Origin: an uncultured delta proteobacterium
GTDB taxonomy: Bacteria; Desulfobacterota; Binatia; UBA9968
Direction of reading: 5' to 3'
Assembly (NCBI GenBank): GCA_963745835.1
Contig: CAVUZH010000003.1
Span: forward strand, 256,001 to 320,000
DNA: 64,000 nucleotides
Of the stretch, positions 60,032 to 64,000 are shown in pieces; position 1 is the first letter of the stretch, and every line of letters starts with the position of its first letter. A program made the translations under genes and the position numbers. The notes beneath the pieces were generated by a model that had not been told where the DNA came from, searched no databases, and saw only the letters and a program-made list of their open reading frames with translations.

Positions 60032-61099
60032 ATGACGACCCTCACCTCACCCATCATTGAAGTCGAAGACAGTTGGGAAGCGGCCAACGATTGGTTCTGC
60101 CGTGAAAAGCTGAGCGATGGTTTACCGATCGTACCGCCGACTCCGGAGCGCGTGACGAGAATGCTCGAGGGCGCCGACCGTGATCCGCAGGAAGTGATCG
60201 GCCTCATCCCGCCAAAGTGGGCGCCGGCAAGCATAGAGAAGCTGGCCATCAACGCCGTCATGGCCGGATGCCTGCCGGAATACTTGCCGGTGATTATTGC
60301 CGCTGTCGAAGCAATCTGCGAGCCCCGGTTCAACCTCTACGGCGTGCAGGCAACCACCGGGTACGTCGGTCCGGCGCTGCTTCTCAACGGTCCGATCAGG
60401 ACCGCGCTCAACGTCAATTGCGACTCCGGCGTTTTTGGCCCTGGTTTTCGAGCGAACGCGACCATCGGCCGCGCGATTCGCTTGATACTCATCACGATCG
60501 GCGGAGGTTTTCCCGGCGACACTGATCGATCGACCTTCGGTTGGCCGGGCAAGTACACCATGTGCTTCGGTGAAAATCAGGAGAAAAGCCCCTGGGAGCC
60601 GTATCACGTGGAAATGGGTTTCAAGCCTGATGACAGCACCGTGACCGTTTTCGGCATCAATGGTTTCCTGCCGATTCACACTGCCGGCAATCGCGGCGAG
60701 CAGGCGCTCTCCTCATTGGCCGAAGTCATAAAGATGCACCATGGCGTGAGCCATCTCGATGTCGGCAGCTTCGGAGGCGGAACGCCGCTCATCGGCCTCG
60801 GCATCGAAGACGCGGAGATCATGGCTCGGGACGGTATCACCAAGAAGCAAGTTAAGGATTATCTCTGGGAGCATGCATCGTTGAAATTTACTGAAGTTCC
60901 CGCACGGCGCAAGGGACATAAAGGTGATGATGAGCTGCTGCGCGAATCGCCAAACGTCACGCCGGACGGGGTCGTTCACCTGTCGACCAAAGCCGAAGAT
61001 ATTATGGTCGTGGTGCTCGGCGGCAAGCACCGCCATTCCGTCTTCCTGCCGATGTGGACCGGCCGGAACACTTTATCGGTGATTAAACCGATTCGATGA
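60032..61099 (+). CDS. Conserved protein of unknown function (DGLP..PPT.ERV family), presumed UGSC partner
   Basis: DGLPIVPPTPERV, EKLAINAVMAGC.PEY, RANATIGRA.RL and SPWEP.H. Confidence 0.8.
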   Translation: MTTLTSPIIEVEDSWEAANDWFCREKLSDGLPIVPPTPERVTRMLEGADRDPQEVIGLIPPKWAPASIEKLAINAVMAGCLPEYLPVIIAAVEAICEPRFNLYGVQATTGYVGPALLLNGPIRTALNVNCDSGVFGPGFRANATIGRAIRLILITIGGGFPGDTDRSTFGWPGKYTMCFGENQEKSPWEPYHVEMGFKPDDSTVTVFGINGFLPIHTAGNRGEQALSSLAEVIKMHHGVSHLDVGSFGGGTPLIGLGIEDAEIMARDGITKKQVKDYLWEHASLKFTEVPARRKGHKGDDELLRESPNVTPDGVVHLSTKAEDIMVVVLGGKHRHSVFLPMWTGRNTLSVIKPIR

Positions 61100-61270
61100 T
61101 AAGGGGCGCTGGAGCGACGGAGCGGCTCGACGCTTACATTCAAGAGACCGCCGATTTCCTCTATATAGCCAATGCGACGGTGGACACGCTATAACCCGAA
61201 GTATATCGACCCTGCTTATCGGCATCAGGCACTGGCGAAACTGGGCAAGAGCTAAACGGAGGACGTAGCG

Positions 61271-62266
61271 ATGAATCGAAAAACATCCGTATGCGCCATA
61301 ACTGTTTTTTTTCTTTGCATCGGTTGGCGTGCCATGGCGCAGGACAAAGTTAGAATGGGGTTGAGCTCGGTGAGCGGTTTGCACACCGCTGTGTGGGTGG
61401 CTGAAACAAAAGGACTCTTTCGCAAACATGGCATCGATCCTGAAGTGATCGTCACCGGCCAGGGTGGGACCGCCGGCATCAGTGCGCTCATCGCCAACGA
61501 CGTGCAGATGGTGAATTCAGCCGGCGATGTCTTGGTCGCAGCTTCGTTGCGCGGCGGCGATACGGTCATGGTCGCCAGTGTTGTCAACAAAGGACTGCAA
61601 CGACTTATTACCAAGCCGGATATAACAACGCCCGCGGAGCTGAAGGGAAAGCGGGTTGGCGTCACTCGCATCGGCGCGGTTTCCCATTCGGTTCTGCTCA
61701 TGATGCTGCAACGATGGAAGATGAGCGTGAATGATGTCCAGGTCCTTCAACTCGGTTCCTCGCCGAGTATGCTGGCGAGCCTCGACAAGGGAGGTATCGA
61801 AGGAGCCGTGGTGACGATTCCTTCGATGTTCGTCGCCGAAGATCGCGGTTATAAAGTGTTGCTCGACATGGCGGATACGGATATTTACTACCTGCACACG
61901 ATGGTCGCGACAACGCGCCAATACATCAAGAACAATCGCGACAAAGTGGTGCGATTTCTCAAGGGTTACGTCGAAGGAATTGCGTTCGTCAAGCATAACA
62001 AGCAGGAGAGTTTGGACATCGTCAAGAAGAAGCTTCGCATCGGTCCCGAGCAGGAAAAAAACCTGGAACGCTCCATAGATCTGTTAATCGCGAAATACTA
62101 CGAGTCTGTGCCATATCCGTCATTGCGCGGCGTCGAAACGGTGCTCGGCTTCATCGAAAAGGACAATCCGAAAGCCAAAGGCGCGGACCCTAAAATGTTT
62201 GTCGATGATAGCCTGCTGCGCGAGATCGAGGCGAGCGGCTTCGTAAAAACACTTTACCAACGTTAG
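61271..62266 (+). CDS. ABC-type substrate-binding protein, NMT1/SsuA-like
   Basis: Signal peptide, GLFRKHG, ELKGKRVG, PYPS and EIEASGFV..LY. Confidence 0.88.
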   Translation: MNRKTSVCAITVFFLCIGWRAMAQDKVRMGLSSVSGLHTAVWVAETKGLFRKHGIDPEVIVTGQGGTAGISALIANDVQMVNSAGDVLVAASLRGGDTVMVASVVNKGLQRLITKPDITTPAELKGKRVGVTRIGAVSHSVLLMMLQRWKMSVNDVQVLQLGSSPSMLASLDKGGIEGAVVTIPSMFVAEDRGYKVLLDMADTDIYYLHTMVATTRQYIKNNRDKVVRFLKGYVEGIAFVKHNKQESLDIVKKKLRIGPEQEKNLERSIDLLIAKYYESVPYPSLRGVETVLGFIEKDNPKAKGADPKMFVDDSLLREIEASGFVKTLYQR

Positions 62267-62300
62267 GCGACTTTGATATGGAGCGAGGATAGTATCATCC

Positions 62301-62450
62301 AGCAGGCTGCTGAAAAAGACTCATATGCTTCGTTGCGCTCGAATCGCCTCACTGCAACGTACTGTAAGTACGTCTCCGCTTGTCGATTTTTCACGCGCCT
62401 CGCCTCTGAATCTTTTTGAGCAGCCTGCAAGAGGTTTTTCAGCCAGCTGC
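62301..62450 (+). mobile_element. MITE-like element, copy 4
   Basis: AGCAGGCTGCTGAAAAAG...CTTTTTGAGCAGCCTGC plus an outer TTTTTCAGCCAGCTGC end. Confidence 0.85.
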
Positions 62451-62500
62451 AAAATTAACCGTAAGAAAAACTAACGAGAGAACATAAGGAGGAAAGAACA

Positions 62501-63334
62501 ATGGCAGAAGTAAAGGATTTCAAAACCGTCAAAGTTGAAAAAGACCAGGGCATCGCCTGGGTCATTCTTAATCGTCCCGAGAAGCGCAACGCGATGAATC
62601 CCCAGCTGCACTACGACATGCTCGAGGCGCTTACCGAACTGGAAGTCGACAAGGACAGCAAAGTTGTCGTGATCACCGGCGCTGGTCCGAGCTGGTGCGC
62701 CGGTCAGGACCTGCGCGAATATTTCAGGGGAACCGATACCAACCCGGTGGAAAGGCGAAAAGCCAGCTGGGCCTCTCAGGAGTGGCGCTGGCGCCGGCTA
62801 TTTACCTTTCCGAAACCGACCATTGCGATGGTCAACGGCTTTTGTTTCGGCGGCGCGTTTACGCCATTGATCGCCTGTGATTTCGCGATTGCCGCCGAGG
62901 ATGCGGTCTTTGGACTAAGCGAAATCAACTGGGGGATCTTTCCCGGCGGGCTGGTGAGCCGGGTACTAGCCGATGCCATGTGCTACCGAGATGCGATGTG
63001 GTACATCATGACCGGCGATCCGTTTGACGGTAAAAAGGCTGCGGAATTGAAGCTGATCAATTACGCTGTGCCGAAAGAACAACTGCGCGACGAGACCGTC
63101 AAGCTTGCCAAGAAATTGATGGAAAAAAATCCCCAGGTGCTCAGAGCCGCCAAGGAAGTTTTCAAGTACTGCCGCACCATGGATTACAATCAGGCAGAAG
63201 AGTATATGAGCGCCAAGGGCACTGCGCTTCGTCTGACCGATCCGGAAAAGGGCCGTGAGACGGGGATGAAACAGTTCCTGGATGAGAAGACCTATCGGCC
63301 GGGGCTGGGCGCTTACAACCGCGAGGCCAAGTAG
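62501..63334 (+). CDS. ech: p-Hydroxycinnamoyl-CoA hydratase/lyase (HCHL, crotonase family)
   Basis: AGQDLREYFR, W.WRRL, GLSEINWGI.PGG and the C-terminal G.KQFLDEK.YRPGLGAY. Confidence 0.88.
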   Translation: MAEVKDFKTVKVEKDQGIAWVILNRPEKRNAMNPQLHYDMLEALTELEVDKDSKVVVITGAGPSWCAGQDLREYFRGTDTNPVERRKASWASQEWRWRRLFTFPKPTIAMVNGFCFGGAFTPLIACDFAIAAEDAVFGLSEINWGIFPGGLVSRVLADAMCYRDAMWYIMTGDPFDGKKAAELKLINYAVPKEQLRDETVKLAKKLMEKNPQVLRAAKEVFKYCRTMDYNQAEEYMSAKGTALRLTDPEKGRETGMKQFLDEKTYRPGLGAYNREAK

Positions 63335-63439
63335 GTTCTAATTTTCAAATTGGTCTTTGAAATAAGTCTAAAGTAATCGGGTGTGGACGGGCTTGATTAA
63401 GCCCCGTCCAAATCCCGAAAGAAGCGAGACGGAGCCGAG

Positions 63440-64000
63440 GTGGACTTCAATTTACCCGAAGAGTTGCAGCTCTTAAAAGAGACCGTTCGCAAATTCGTCG
63501 ACAGAGAGCTGATTCCGTTGGAGCGCGAGTGCCGGCCTGAGGGCGAGGACATGCCGGAACAATACATCAAACCGCTCCAGGAGAAAGCGAAGGCTATCGG
63601 TCTTTGGCTGTTGGACGTGCCGCCTGAGTACGGCGGCGCGGGCCTCGATCTGATGAGCCGTTGCGTCATCATGGAAGAGGTCGCGCGCACGGTTGCGATT
63701 CCGTTTCGCTATGCGCCGATCTTTGGCCCGGAAGTCCGGCCGGTGCTGTTTCATTGTAACGAGGAACAGAAGGAACGTTTTCTTTACCCGGTGATACGCG
63801 GCGAGAAACGCGTTTGCTTCGCGCAAACCGAACCCGACGCCGGTAGCGATCCGGCAGGCATGAAAACCCGCGCCGTCAAGAATGGCGATCAGTACATTAT
63901 CAATGGCACAAAACGTTTCATCACCGGCGCCAAGTCGGCGGATTACGCTCAGGTGATCGCTGTGACCGATCCGGAAAAAGGCGCGCGTGGCGGCGTAACC
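63440..64000 (+). CDS. Acyl-CoA dehydrogenase, 3'-truncated
   Basis: From GTG 63440: MDFNLPEELQLL...PPEYGGAG...FAQTEPDAGSD...INGTKRFIT; open to the window end. Confidence 0.92.
   Translation, partial: MDFNLPEELQLLKETVRKFVDRELIPLERECRPEGEDMPEQYIKPLQEKAKAIGLWLLDVPPEYGGAGLDLMSRCVIMEEVARTVAIPFRYAPIFGPEVRPVLFHCNEEQKERFLYPVIRGEKRVCFAQTEPDAGSDPAGMKTRAVKNGDQYIINGTKRFITGAKSADYAQVIAVTDPEKGARGGVT

Noticed and set aside
59595-60032. Alternative ORFs after the UGSC TGA (59595-60032, 59618-59833)
   Set aside because: These are low-complexity off-frame readings; the read-through frame gives the coherent protein.

Overview
A 64-kb stretch of a moderately GC-rich bacterial chromosome. The gene content (many stand-alone NMT1/SsuA-type binding proteins, amidohydrolases, VOC proteins, CoA-dependent catabolic enzymes) resembles Candidatus Binatia or a related deltaproteobacterial lineage; this is inference. 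It holds about 55 CDSs, mostly transport and catabolism, plus a VapBC pair and one complete IS630 inserted at the end of an IS5/IS1182-like relic that borders an AT-richer island. No tRNA, rRNA or CRISPR array is visible. Highlights: (1) a DAB-type inorganic-carbon pump operon (long fused dabB, dabA, PII-like gene) preceded by a promoter, a small two-stem hairpin and an intrinsic terminator, i.e. a candidate riboswitch; (2) a UGSC-motif selenoprotein missed by the ORF track (in-frame TGA plus SECIS-like hairpin), between an atypical thioredoxin reductase and a partner gene; (3) a 179-nt intergenic rod-like RNA candidate; (4) a four-copy structured MITE family and several families of palindromic tandem-repeat arrays. 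Seven genes carry single-base frameshifts that look like assembly errors. All calls were made by eye, without database searches.
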